24,583 bases of DNA, from NCBI GenBank assembly GCA_052390515.1, contig JBQTGV010000171.1, forward strand, positions 1 to 24,583. The letters are read 5' to 3'. Positions 1 through 8,102 of the stretch are shown in pieces. The number at the start of each line of letters is the position of its first letter. Positions within the stretch are counted from its first letter, which is position 1. This DNA is from Candidatus Eiseniibacteriota bacterium. Its GTDB lineage: Bacteria; ARS69. A program made the translations under genes and the position numbers. The notes below the pieces were generated by a model. That model saw only the letters and a list, made by a program, of their open reading frames with translations, searched no databases and was not told where the DNA came from.

Positions 1-809
1 GTCATCAGGAGTCCGATCGGCAGGCAGATCTCGGAGGCGAAGCCGAAGACGCCGACGGCGGTGAGGTCGGCGAGCACGCGGAGCAGCCAGGCGTCCAGGT
101 GCCCGAGGGCCCACAGGCCGAGCGAAGCGGGAACGAGCGGCACGCCGAAGGCGAGCAGCCGGCGGAGCCGGACCTTCGCGTCCGCGAGCGTCACCCGCGA
201 GCGCAGCAGCGTGCGCGGCACGGCCACCGCGGCGACGGCGAGCGGCCCTGCCAGGTTGCCGATCAGGAATCCAGCGACGCCCAGGCCCGCGCCGAACACC
301 AGCGCGAAGGTCACCGCGAGCGACACCGCGCCCTTCGCCGCCATGAACAGGGCGAACTCTCGGGAGCGGTCGTCCGCCCGCAGGTGCGCGAGGAAGAGCT
401 GGAACTGGGCGGCGGCCAGGGCGATCAGCACCGCCAGCGCCACGAGGTTCGCGTGTGCGCCGGTCCCGAAGAGGACTCCGGAGACGAGACCTCTCGCCGC
501 CAGGATCGGCAGCGCCAGCGCGAGATCGAGGAGCGGCACGAAGAGGAACACCGTCCCGCGCAGGAGCCGCCTCTCGTCCGCGTCGTCGGTCCCGTGATGG
601 AAGCGAATGAGAGCCTGGGTGAGCCCCGCCTCGAACACGAGGTGCAGCAGGTTCGTGGCCGCGAGGAGCAGGCTCAGGACACCGTACTCCGGCGGGGAGA
701 GCGTCCGGGCGATGACCGGAAGGAGCACCGCGCGGGTGACACCGCCCACCACCGATCCGGTCGCGTACGCGGCGGCGTGGCGCGCCACCGTCGCGGTGGG
801 TCGGCTCAC
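1..809 (-). CDS. Wzx/MOP-family oligosaccharide flippase (3' end beyond the window edge)
   Basis: Absent from the ORF track because there is no stop in the window. Manual translation from GTG at 809 (GTGA overlap with the upstream stop at 806-808) gives MSRPTATVARHAAAYATGSVVGGVTRAVLLPVIARTLSPPEYGVLSLL...EAGLTQALIRFH...RRLLAFGVPLVPASLGLWALGHLDAWLLRVLADLTAVGVFGFA. This is multi-TM with the typical Wzx 'R.Ls..eYG', 'Gl..a..Rf' and 'D..ll......vG.y' patterns. Confidence 0.88.
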   Translation of the reverse strand, partial: MSRPTATVARHAAAYATGSVVGGVTRAVLLPVIARTLSPPEYGVLSLLLAATNLLHLVFEAGLTQALIRFHHGTDDADERRLLRGTVFLFVPLLDLALALPILAARGLVSGVLFGTGAHANLVALAVLIALAAAQFQLFLAHLRADDRSREFALFMAAKGAVSLAVTFALVFGAGLGVAGFLIGNLAGPLAVAAVAVPRTLLRSRVTLADAKVRLRRLLAFGVPLVPASLGLWALGHLDAWLLRVLADLTAVGVFGFASEICLPIGLLM

Positions 810-1933
810 GCGGAGCGCTCCGTGCGGACGAGCCGGCCCTCGGCGTCCATCCAGCCGAGCTCGCGGTAGCGGTCGTAGATCCCCTCGACGATGCGGTCGG
901 CGGAGTGCACGCGCTCCACCCATTCGCGGCCGCGGCGCGAGCGCTCCGCGAGCGAAGGCAGATCCCGAGCGACGGCCAGCAGCTGCTCCTCGAGCGCGTC
1001 CTCCCGCGCGACGAGGAACGGGTGCGACCCCAGGTACGCTCCGTAGTCCGGCGGAATGGTCGAGAGGCACGGGATCCCCATGGCCAGCGCCTCGAGCGAG
1101 TTCATGCCGTACCCGGTGGCGGTCGTGTTCGCGCCGATCTGGTCCACGGAGAGGTTCGCGCCGCGCTTGCGCTGCACCGCCTCGACGTGGGTGACTCCCT
1201 CGATGAGGTCGAACTCGACCTCGACCTGGCTGCGGATGCGCTCGACCGCCGCGATCAGCCGGTCCGTGCCCTTCACGTGCCGGTTGCGCGGCGCGTGGCA
1301 GATGCGCAGGCGATCGAGCGGCGGTTCACGGTACTCGTACGCGGCGGCGTCGAACGGGATGGGGAAGTAGCGAAGGCTCGGATCGAGCGCCAGGTGGTCC
1401 CATTCGCAGGTCAGGTCCAGGTCGGAGAGCTGCTGCACCGCGGGAATCACTCCGCGGTCCCGCAGATCCGTGCCCAGGTAGTAGCAGACGACTCGCGCGC
1501 CCTTCGCCTTCATGCGCCGGAGGAAGCGCGCGTCGCGGTAGAACTCGACGCCGGACTCCAGGTGGTACACGTCGTAGCGATCGAGACCGTGCTCGCGGAT
1601 GGCTCGCTCGATTCGCGGCCGCCAGAGGACGTCCTCGCGGAGCCGGAAGGACAGCGCCTCGAACCGGCTGCGCGGCCTCCACACCGGCACGCCTCCGCCG
1701 GAGCGCTCGAACTTCGGCCGCCCGCCGTGCAGCCGCGTCATGACCCCCTTGAGCGCGAGGTGCAGCGGCGTGCCCTGCAGCAGGGGGAGGTCGAGGCACA
1801 GGTCCTCCTCGAACTCGTTGACGCAGCGCACCAGCGTGACGAGGCGCGCGTCGTGGCCGTGGCGGCGGTGGGCGGCGACGAACACGTTCGCCATCCCGAC
1901 CCAGTTCTGGTCGCACAGGTGGAGGATCCGCAC
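806..1933 (-). CDS. GT-B fold glycosyltransferase, GT4-like (divergent)
   Basis: 375 aa from GTG with SD-like GGGGAGGGG. N-terminus MRILHL; C-terminal 'HAPRNRHVKGT...DQIG...YGMNSLEALAMGIPCL...GREWVERVHS' matches the GT4 nucleotide-binding half. Confidence 0.82.
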   Translation of the reverse strand: MRILHLCDQNWVGMANVFVAAHRRHGHDARLVTLVRCVNEFEEDLCLDLPLLQGTPLHLALKGVMTRLHGGRPKFERSGGGVPVWRPRSRFEALSFRLREDVLWRPRIERAIREHGLDRYDVYHLESGVEFYRDARFLRRMKAKGARVVCYYLGTDLRDRGVIPAVQQLSDLDLTCEWDHLALDPSLRYFPIPFDAAAYEYREPPLDRLRICHAPRNRHVKGTDRLIAAVERIRSQVEVEFDLIEGVTHVEAVQRKRGANLSVDQIGANTTATGYGMNSLEALAMGIPCLSTIPPDYGAYLGSHPFLVAREDALEEQLLAVARDLPSLAERSRRGREWVERVHSADRIVEGIYDRYRELGWMDAEGRLVRTERSA

Positions 1934-1946
1934 CGCCCCTCCCCGC

Positions 1947-2699
1947 TCAGGCGCGGCGCCGTCCGATCAGCCGCAGGAAGTTCCCGCCCAGCACGAGGCG
2001 CCGTTCTTCCTCCGACGCGTTCGCGCCGTCGAGCACCGCGAGGTACGCCGCCGGCCACCCCAGCGGGTAATCGCTTCCGAAGAGGATGCGCTCCGCGCCG
2101 AGCCGGTCCAGCGCGATGCGCAGCGAATAGTACTCGCGGATGGATTCGGTGCCGAGGTACGCGTTGGGCAGCCTTCGCACCGCCATCTCCCGGGAGCACT
2201 CCTGCTGCAGGTCCGGCGTGTCGCCGCCCAGGTGCGCCACGATGATGGAGGCGTCCGGATGCCGCTCGGCGACATCGAGGCAGAACCGCCAGCTGGACAT
2301 CTCCTGCCATCGCCCGGCGTGGATGATGACCGGAAGCCTCCGGCGCTCGGCGTGCTCAAGGAACGGCCGCCAGCGCGGCTCGTCGGCGCGCAGCCGCTCC
2401 AGCGAGGGGTGCATCTTGAGGCCGCGGACGCGGGCGGCCGCTCGCTCCAGGAACTCCAGCGTCCGATCGGGATGGTGCGGCTCGACCCAGGCGACGAGGT
2501 GCAGCTTCGGATCGCCGGCGGCCTCCAGCGCGTTCGCCAGGCCCTCGTTGTCGGCGGCGTCGGTCGGCATGACCGCAGCGCCGTCGATGCCTGCGCGATC
2601 CAGCGCCCCGCGGATCTCGGAGACGGAGGCGCCGGGCCATCCGACACGCTCGGGGCGCCACCGTCCCCAGTGGACGTGGCCGTCGATGACCTCGGTCAT
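1947..2699 (-). CDS. Amidohydrolase-superfamily metal-dependent hydrolase (Amidohydro_2-like)
   Basis: True start ATG 2699 (ATGA overlap; GGAAGGTGG upstream), 250 aa. Motifs: IDGHVHWG (DxHxH), GLKMHP, PVIIHAG, IIVAHLGG, ILFGSDYP. Confidence 0.88.
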   Translation of the reverse strand: MTEVIDGHVHWGRWRPERVGWPGASVSEIRGALDRAGIDGAAVMPTDAADNEGLANALEAAGDPKLHLVAWVEPHHPDRTLEFLERAAARVRGLKMHPSLERLRADEPRWRPFLEHAERRRLPVIIHAGRWQEMSSWRFCLDVAERHPDASIIVAHLGGDTPDLQQECSREMAVRRLPNAYLGTESIREYYSLRIALDRLGAERILFGSDYPLGWPAAYLAVLDGANASEEERRLVLGGNFLRLIGRRRA

Positions 2700-5191
2700 C
2701 GGACGACCGCCACCTTCCCTTCGTACACTTTCCCGTCGTTCGATTCCGCGGTCACCAGGTAAAGGCCGGACTCCACGAGCTGGCGGCCGATGTTCTTGCC
2801 GTCCCAGGTCTTGGCCCCGCGCACGTCCTTCGCCTCGAAGACCAAGTCCCCGGAAAGGTCGTAGATCCGGATCGAGATGGTCTCTTCCGGGGGAATCCCG
2901 GCGAGAGCGAGAACTCCTACCTCGTTGGGCCGCCAGGGATTCGGGAACGGGCGCGGATCCAGCTCGCCGCCGAGCACCGGGCCGGTGGCCTCGTTCATGT
3001 CCACGACGGCGATGCCGCCGGTCGCGGTGCCGACGTACACGCGCCGCGCGACGTGATCGATGTGCAGGCCGGTGACGGACTGGTCCGGGAGCGGGCACCC
3101 GACCAGCTCATCGAACCACGTCCAGGTGGAGAGATCCCGGGAGATGCGCACCAGGCCCGCGCTCTCGGTTCCGAGCCACAGGTTCTCGTCCCAGTCCAGC
3201 TCACCCACGGTGTACGGCAGCGGGTTCCTTCCCCCGAGCTGCCCTGCCGACGGCGTGACGGGCTGCCAGCTCACGTTGGGGATGCTTCCGGCGTCGGCGC
3301 CGATCTGCCCCACGACGATCCCGCGCTCCCCCGCCAGCCAGATCCGATCCGAGGAGTCGATCGTGACGAACGGGATGGGCGCGATGTCGGCGATGTCGTT
3401 GGCCACGTCGAACGCGTGGTAGCGGTCGTCGGAGAGGTTCGGAAGGGTGCCGGCCGGATCGACGACGTAGAGCTGCGGGCGGTCGATGCCGCCGAACGCC
3501 GTGGAGGCCCACACCCGGCCCCGCGAATCGAAGTCGATGGAGCGCAGCAGCGACGTCGTTCCGGAGAAGATCGTTCCGAACGGGAAGTTCGTGATGCGCA
3601 GCCCCGGGTACTCGATGACGGTGAGACCACCCTGATTCTGTCCGTACGCGACCCACAGGTTGGAGCTGGCGTCCAGCTGCAGGTCCCAGACGTTTCGACC
3701 CAGCGTGACCCGCGAGGGATCGACCACGTTGGGATGGAACTTGTCCACGAACCCGCTCGAGGGAAACAAGCGGTTCAGCCCACCGGCGGTGGCACTGACC
3801 GTGGAACCGAACCACACCGTGGAGTCCGGCCAGACCTCGACCTCGGTGGTGTTGACGTTGAGCACCTCGGGGTTCTCGCCGGGGGTGACCGACAGCCAGT
3901 TCGGGCCGTCTCTCCACCCCAGGCCGTTCGCGCGCGCGACCCGGTTCTTGTCGCCGGTACCGAAGAAGAGCTTCCCGTCGGGCGAGAGAGCGAGGTCCGC
4001 CATGGTCGGCGAGTGCGGCCCGAGCGACGGCGGACAACCCCACGTTCCGCCCTGGAAGATGGCGAACGAGTCCTCGCGCGTTCCCAACACGACGCGACCG
4101 GACGCGTCCACGGCGACCGCCCGCGGCACGTACAGCGTGTCGGCCAGACACGTGGCGCGCGGGACGCGTACGGGGGCGAACGGCTGGGTCAGATCCGCGC
4201 GCCAGAGATCGCGGTCGAAAGTCCCTAGAGCCGGCTGGATCTCGGAGAGGATGTAGAGCTCGTTCCCGTCCAGGAAGAGGTCCAGGATGTTGTGTCCGTC
4301 GAAGAACGATGCGTTCGTGATCGTCGAACCGTCCCAGGTCTGCAGTCCCCCACCCGTCCCGATCCAGAGCACCTGGTTCCCGGAGAGGTCTAGCGCCGGC
4401 GCCCGCAGGATCTGCGTGACCGTGCCGGAGAGCAGCCCGCCGCTCACGGTGAGCGCCAGCACGCTGACCGGCGGATCCACGGTCTCGTCGCGCTCCCACA
4501 TGCCGGCGCCGCTCGTGCCGATCCAGATCGTCCCGGGCTCGGTGAAGATCTCCCGGGCACGCTGGATGTTGATGCCGATGCGCGTGGCCGGGTCCCGCAG
4601 GAACGCGAAGCCGCCCTCGGCGGTCCTCTCCACGAGGAAGCTCTTGAGCCCTCCGCCCTCCAGCACCCCCGCCGGCGAATACGAGTCCGCGCTGGAGACG
4701 ATGATGCGGTCTCCGGCGATCGTGCGGGGGTTCCCGTCCTCGTCTTCGCCCACGTACGTCACGGTGGTATCCCCCACCGCCCGGATGTCGACGGTGAGGT
4801 CGCTCCAGAGGAACTCGTCGAAGGAGGACAGGTCGGCGAGGTGCGCGCCGCTCGCGTCGAAGACCGAGATGCCGGCCTCGCGCGTACCGATGTACGCGTT
4901 GCCGAAGCCGTCCATCCCCATGCAGGTCACGTCGGTGGAGATGAGGCCCGCCTCGTCGTTGAGCTTGGCCTGGTTCGGGACCGCCTGGCCGAGCGTCGCG
5001 AGGTCGATTCGGACCACGCCGCCGTTCGCCGCCACCCAGGCGACCGACCCCCGGATCTCGACCTCGGCGACGTCGCCGGTGGCGGCGAACAGCTCCCACG
5101 CGTCGCTCGGGCACTGCGCCGCGGCGGGAACCGCCGCCGCGAGCGCGCAGGCCACGGGCGGGATCGCCCTCCGGAAGGCGGATAGGATCAA
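2696..5191 (-). CDS. Secreted beta-propeller protein with C-terminal T9SS/FlgD-like sorting domain, PorZ-like
   Basis: Likely TTG start at 5191 (TTGA overlap, AGAGGAG SD), 831 aa. Signal peptide (RR, hydrophobic stretch, AAA|Q). Repeated blades of the 'D..G.lWvGt..Gl' type, 'GL....Vt' linkers and DPAGTLPNLSDD. C-terminal domain FPNP...IRIYDLSGDLV...WDGKN..RQLVESGLYLV...KVAVVR. Confidence 0.8.
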   Translation of the reverse strand: MILSAFRRAIPPVACALAAAVPAAAQCPSDAWELFAATGDVAEVEIRGSVAWVAANGGVVRIDLATLGQAVPNQAKLNDEAGLISTDVTCMGMDGFGNAYIGTREAGISVFDASGAHLADLSSFDEFLWSDLTVDIRAVGDTTVTYVGEDEDGNPRTIAGDRIIVSSADSYSPAGVLEGGGLKSFLVERTAEGGFAFLRDPATRIGINIQRAREIFTEPGTIWIGTSGAGMWERDETVDPPVSVLALTVSGGLLSGTVTQILRAPALDLSGNQVLWIGTGGGLQTWDGSTITNASFFDGHNILDLFLDGNELYILSEIQPALGTFDRDLWRADLTQPFAPVRVPRATCLADTLYVPRAVAVDASGRVVLGTREDSFAIFQGGTWGCPPSLGPHSPTMADLALSPDGKLFFGTGDKNRVARANGLGWRDGPNWLSVTPGENPEVLNVNTTEVEVWPDSTVWFGSTVSATAGGLNRLFPSSGFVDKFHPNVVDPSRVTLGRNVWDLQLDASSNLWVAYGQNQGGLTVIEYPGLRITNFPFGTIFSGTTSLLRSIDFDSRGRVWASTAFGGIDRPQLYVVDPAGTLPNLSDDRYHAFDVANDIADIAPIPFVTIDSSDRIWLAGERGIVVGQIGADAGSIPNVSWQPVTPSAGQLGGRNPLPYTVGELDWDENLWLGTESAGLVRISRDLSTWTWFDELVGCPLPDQSVTGLHIDHVARRVYVGTATGGIAVVDMNEATGPVLGGELDPRPFPNPWRPNEVGVLALAGIPPEETISIRIYDLSGDLVFEAKDVRGAKTWDGKNIGRQLVESGLYLVTAESNDGKVYEGKVAVVR

Positions 5192-7266
5192 GGCTCGCTC
5201 CTCTTCTTCTCGGGGTTCCCGCGGAGAGCCAGCGTCCTCAGGACGATCTTCAAGTCTTCGAGCGGGGACTGATTCTGCACGGCTGACAGCGCCAGCGAAA
5301 GCTCCTCTTCGGGCCCCAGCCGCTCGCGTGCGTGCAGCCGCCACGAGCCGGTCGCGCCGGGCCTCACCAGGTCGAACAGCACGCGGAGCTCTTCGCGGGC
5401 CGCCACGTCCGCCGGGGGCAGCGGCCGCGGTCCGACCAGGGCGAGGTCCCCCCGGAGGACGTGGCCGAGCGTCTCCGCGAGACGGTACCGGCCCCGGACC
5501 GGGGGACGCCGCCGGAAGAGCCGCCCTCCGAGGCCGTAGATTGTCTCATGAGGAGGGCCCTCGGGGACAACTCGAAACGCGCGGACCCACGCGACCGGGC
5601 CCAGGAACAGCAGCGCCAGACCCGCCAGCAGGACGTCTCCCGCCCGCTGCAGGCCGCGCCGTGACCCCGGACCGACCCCGGGACCGAGGTCCGCGACGGG
5701 CCGGCCGAGGAGATCGGTCACGTGCAAGCTGCCCGGGAGGAAGTCGGCCGCCCCCGAGACCAGTCGGACGCGGATGCCGTCCCGGCGGCAGAGCAGCACG
5801 AGCCTTCCGATCTCCCGGTCCGAGAGCGTCGGCCGAACCAGGAGGACCTCTCCGACGCGGTGCCGGCGGACGACCTCGCGGATGCCCTCGGCGTCCCAGA
5901 ACTCGCGGAAGCGCCGCTCCTCCAGTGCCGGCCGGTCGGGCAGCGTGGCCACGACCTCGTATCCCGCCTCGGGCCGCGCCTCGAGCCGCGACGCCACGTC
6001 CTCCGCGGCCGCCCGCTCCCCGAGCACGACGATCCGCGTCAGGTCGAACCGCCCGCGGCGCAGCGAGCGGGAAGCGGCCTGCAGCGCGGCCCGCCCCCCC
6101 AGCATCAGGGTCAAGGCGATGGGGACGAACGCGCCCACCATGAAGCGGCTGTGCAGCTCGGATCCGGTGAGGAACGTGCTGGCCATCAGCACGAGCATCG
6201 AGAGCACCAGCCCGCGTGCCAGGTCCACGGCCTCGTCCCACAGGTCCCGCGCCGGACGACGCGCGTAGAGTCCGAGCACGGCGTTGACCAGCAGCACTAC
6301 GAAGTTCGTGAGCAGCAGGAACGGCTGGTACGCGTCCAGCGGAAAGACCGGCCGGCGGAGCACGCTGCCGAGCAACGAACGGACCGCGAAGGCCACCACG
6401 AACGACGCGTTCACCGCCGCGACGTCCACGGCGAGCCGCGTCACGCTGCGCGCCAGCGAACGGTGGCGTCTCAGTCGATACAACAGGGTGTTCCACTTGT
6501 CGAAGAACCGGAACATGCTGTTCAGGTGCGCCACGAGCCGCGCGTTGACCAATCCTCCCGACGCGCTCTCGCGGCGATGCACGTGCTTCATCCGCGCGTC
6601 CGGAACGTACACGACGCGCCAGCCGTGCTGCTTCATGCGGTAGCACCAGTCGACGTCCTCGAAGTACATGAAGAAGCGCTCGTCCATGAGTCCGACGTCC
6701 TGGATGGCTTCGGTTCGCACCATGAGGCAGGCGCCCAGCATCCAGTCCACGTCGCGCTCGGTCTCGTGATCCCAGTCCATCATGAGGTGCTCGCGCACGA
6801 CGCGGCTGTTGGGGAACAGCTTGCCGACCGGCGTGCGCCGATGCAGCAGCGTCGAGAACGTGTAGAACGTGCGGCACGAGTACTGCAGCGATCCGTCCGG
6901 GTTCAGCAGCTTGCCCCCGGCGATTCCCGTCTTGGGGTTCGCGTCCAGGTGGCGCGCCAGCGCCTCGATGGATCCGGGAAGCACCTCGATGTCCGGATTC
7001 AGGATCAGGACGTAGCGGCCCGCCGCGGCCCGGATCGCCTGGTTCACCGCCCGCGAGTACCCCAGATTCTCGCGGTTGGCGAGCAGCCGGACCTCGGGAT
7101 GCTCGCTGCCCAGGAACTCCCGCGTGCCGTCGGTGGACGCGTTGTCCACCACGATGATCTCGTAGTCGCGCCCGGTCGCCGACTCGGCGATCGTCGCCAG
7201 GCAGCGACGCAGCAGATCGCTGGTGTTGAAGCTGACGATGGCGATGCTGACTTCCGGCCGCCTCAG
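5188..7266 (-). CDS. Fusion: GT2 (WbbL/rhamnosyltransferase-like) + 4 TM + CoA-binding-like domain + degenerate bacterial sugar transferase (WcaJ/WbaP-like) domain
   Basis: GT2 motifs VSIAIVSFN, VVDNASTDG, NLGYSRAVN, LNPD, DWMLGACL and DERFFMYFEDVDWCYR. Then 4 TM helices, a 'RIVVLG...GYEVVA...VGEVLL' domain, and a C-terminal GDLALVGPRP...RPGATG...EDLKIVLRT. Start uncertain: CTG 7266 (CTGA overlap) or ATG 7329 (67-nt overlap). Confidence 0.85.
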   Translation of the reverse strand: MRRPEVSIAIVSFNTSDLLRRCLATIAESATGRDYEIIVVDNASTDGTREFLGSEHPEVRLLANRENLGYSRAVNQAIRAAAGRYVLILNPDIEVLPGSIEALARHLDANPKTGIAGGKLLNPDGSLQYSCRTFYTFSTLLHRRTPVGKLFPNSRVVREHLMMDWDHETERDVDWMLGACLMVRTEAIQDVGLMDERFFMYFEDVDWCYRMKQHGWRVVYVPDARMKHVHRRESASGGLVNARLVAHLNSMFRFFDKWNTLLYRLRRHRSLARSVTRLAVDVAAVNASFVVAFAVRSLLGSVLRRPVFPLDAYQPFLLLTNFVVLLVNAVLGLYARRPARDLWDEAVDLARGLVLSMLVLMASTFLTGSELHSRFMVGAFVPIALTLMLGGRAALQAASRSLRRGRFDLTRIVVLGERAAAEDVASRLEARPEAGYEVVATLPDRPALEERRFREFWDAEGIREVVRRHRVGEVLLVRPTLSDREIGRLVLLCRRDGIRVRLVSGAADFLPGSLHVTDLLGRPVADLGPGVGPGSRRGLQRAGDVLLAGLALLFLGPVAWVRAFRVVPEGPPHETIYGLGGRLFRRRPPVRGRYRLAETLGHVLRGDLALVGPRPLPPADVAAREELRVLFDLVRPGATGSWRLHARERLGPEEELSLALSAVQNQSPLEDLKIVLRTLALRGNPEKKRSEP

Positions 7267-8015
7267 CGGGGACGGCCGTCCGTGCTCGCCGCCGCCCTGC
7301 CCCACAGGGACGTGAACCGGAGCTTCCATACCAACCAGAACGCCTCGTAGATGATCCTGCGATTCATCTTCGACGTCCCGGAGTGCCGGTCGACGAAGAC
7401 GATGGGGATCTCACGGATTGAGAAACCCTGCTTCCACGCGTGAAAGTTCATCTCGATCTGGAACCCGTACCCGTCCGACCGCACGCGATCGAGATCGATG
7501 GACTCCAGCACCCGTCGCCGGAAGCACTTGTACCCGCCGGTGGAGTCCATCAGCGGCATGCCCGTGACCAACCTCGCGTACAGGTTCGCCCCGTAGGAGA
7601 GGATGAGCCGCCGGATCGGCCAGTTGACGACGTTGACGCCGCCATCCAGGTACCGCGAGCCGATCACGAGATCGACCTTCCCCGCGTCGGCCACCCGCAG
7701 CATCTCCGGGAGGTACTTCGGATCGTGGGAGAAGTCCGCGTCCATCTCGAACACGTACTCGGCGTCGCTGCGCTCCAGCGCCCAGCGGAACCCGGCGACG
7801 TAGGCCGAGCCCAGCCCCAGCTTCTTCCCCCGGTGCAACACGTGGACCCGCCCGGTCGTCCGCGAGAGCTCCTCGGCCAGGTCACCGGTGCCGTCGGGCG
7901 AGCCGTCGTCGACCACCAGGATCTCGATCGAGGGGTCCAGGGACAGCACCTGCGGCGCGAGGCTCGCGAGGTTCTCCCGCTCGTTGAACGTTGGGATGAT
8001 GACGAGGACCTTCAC
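7263..8015 (-). CDS. Polyprenol monophosphomannose synthase-like GT2 (DPM1/Ppm1 family)
   Basis: 250 aa. IIPTFNERENL, VVDDGSPDGTG, KLGLGSAYVAGF, EMDADFSHDP, IGSRY, DSTGGYKCFRR, GYGFQIEM and EIPIVFVDRHSGTSKM are diagnostic DPM1-like motifs. Confidence 0.92.
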   Translation of the reverse strand: MKVLVIIPTFNERENLASLAPQVLSLDPSIEILVVDDGSPDGTGDLAEELSRTTGRVHVLHRGKKLGLGSAYVAGFRWALERSDAEYVFEMDADFSHDPKYLPEMLRVADAGKVDLVIGSRYLDGGVNVVNWPIRRLILSYGANLYARLVTGMPLMDSTGGYKCFRRRVLESIDLDRVRSDGYGFQIEMNFHAWKQGFSIREIPIVFVDRHSGTSKMNRRIIYEAFWLVWKLRFTSLWGRAAASTDGRPR

Positions 8016-8093
8016 GCGGACCCCGGCGAACGGGGGACGGCGACGCGGGGCCTGACCCCGGGCCGACCGGGAACGGGACGGCGCCGGACCCCC

Positions 8094-8102
8094 ATTCTAG
8101 CA
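8094..8102 (-). promoter_or_regulatory. Putative extended -10 promoter (TGCTAGAAT) for the downstream DPM1-like...wzx segment
   Basis: Minus strand reads GGGTGCTAGAATGGG, a TGnTAnAAT match overlapping the TAG stop of the upstream gene, at the start of an 81-bp spacer. Confidence 0.45.
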
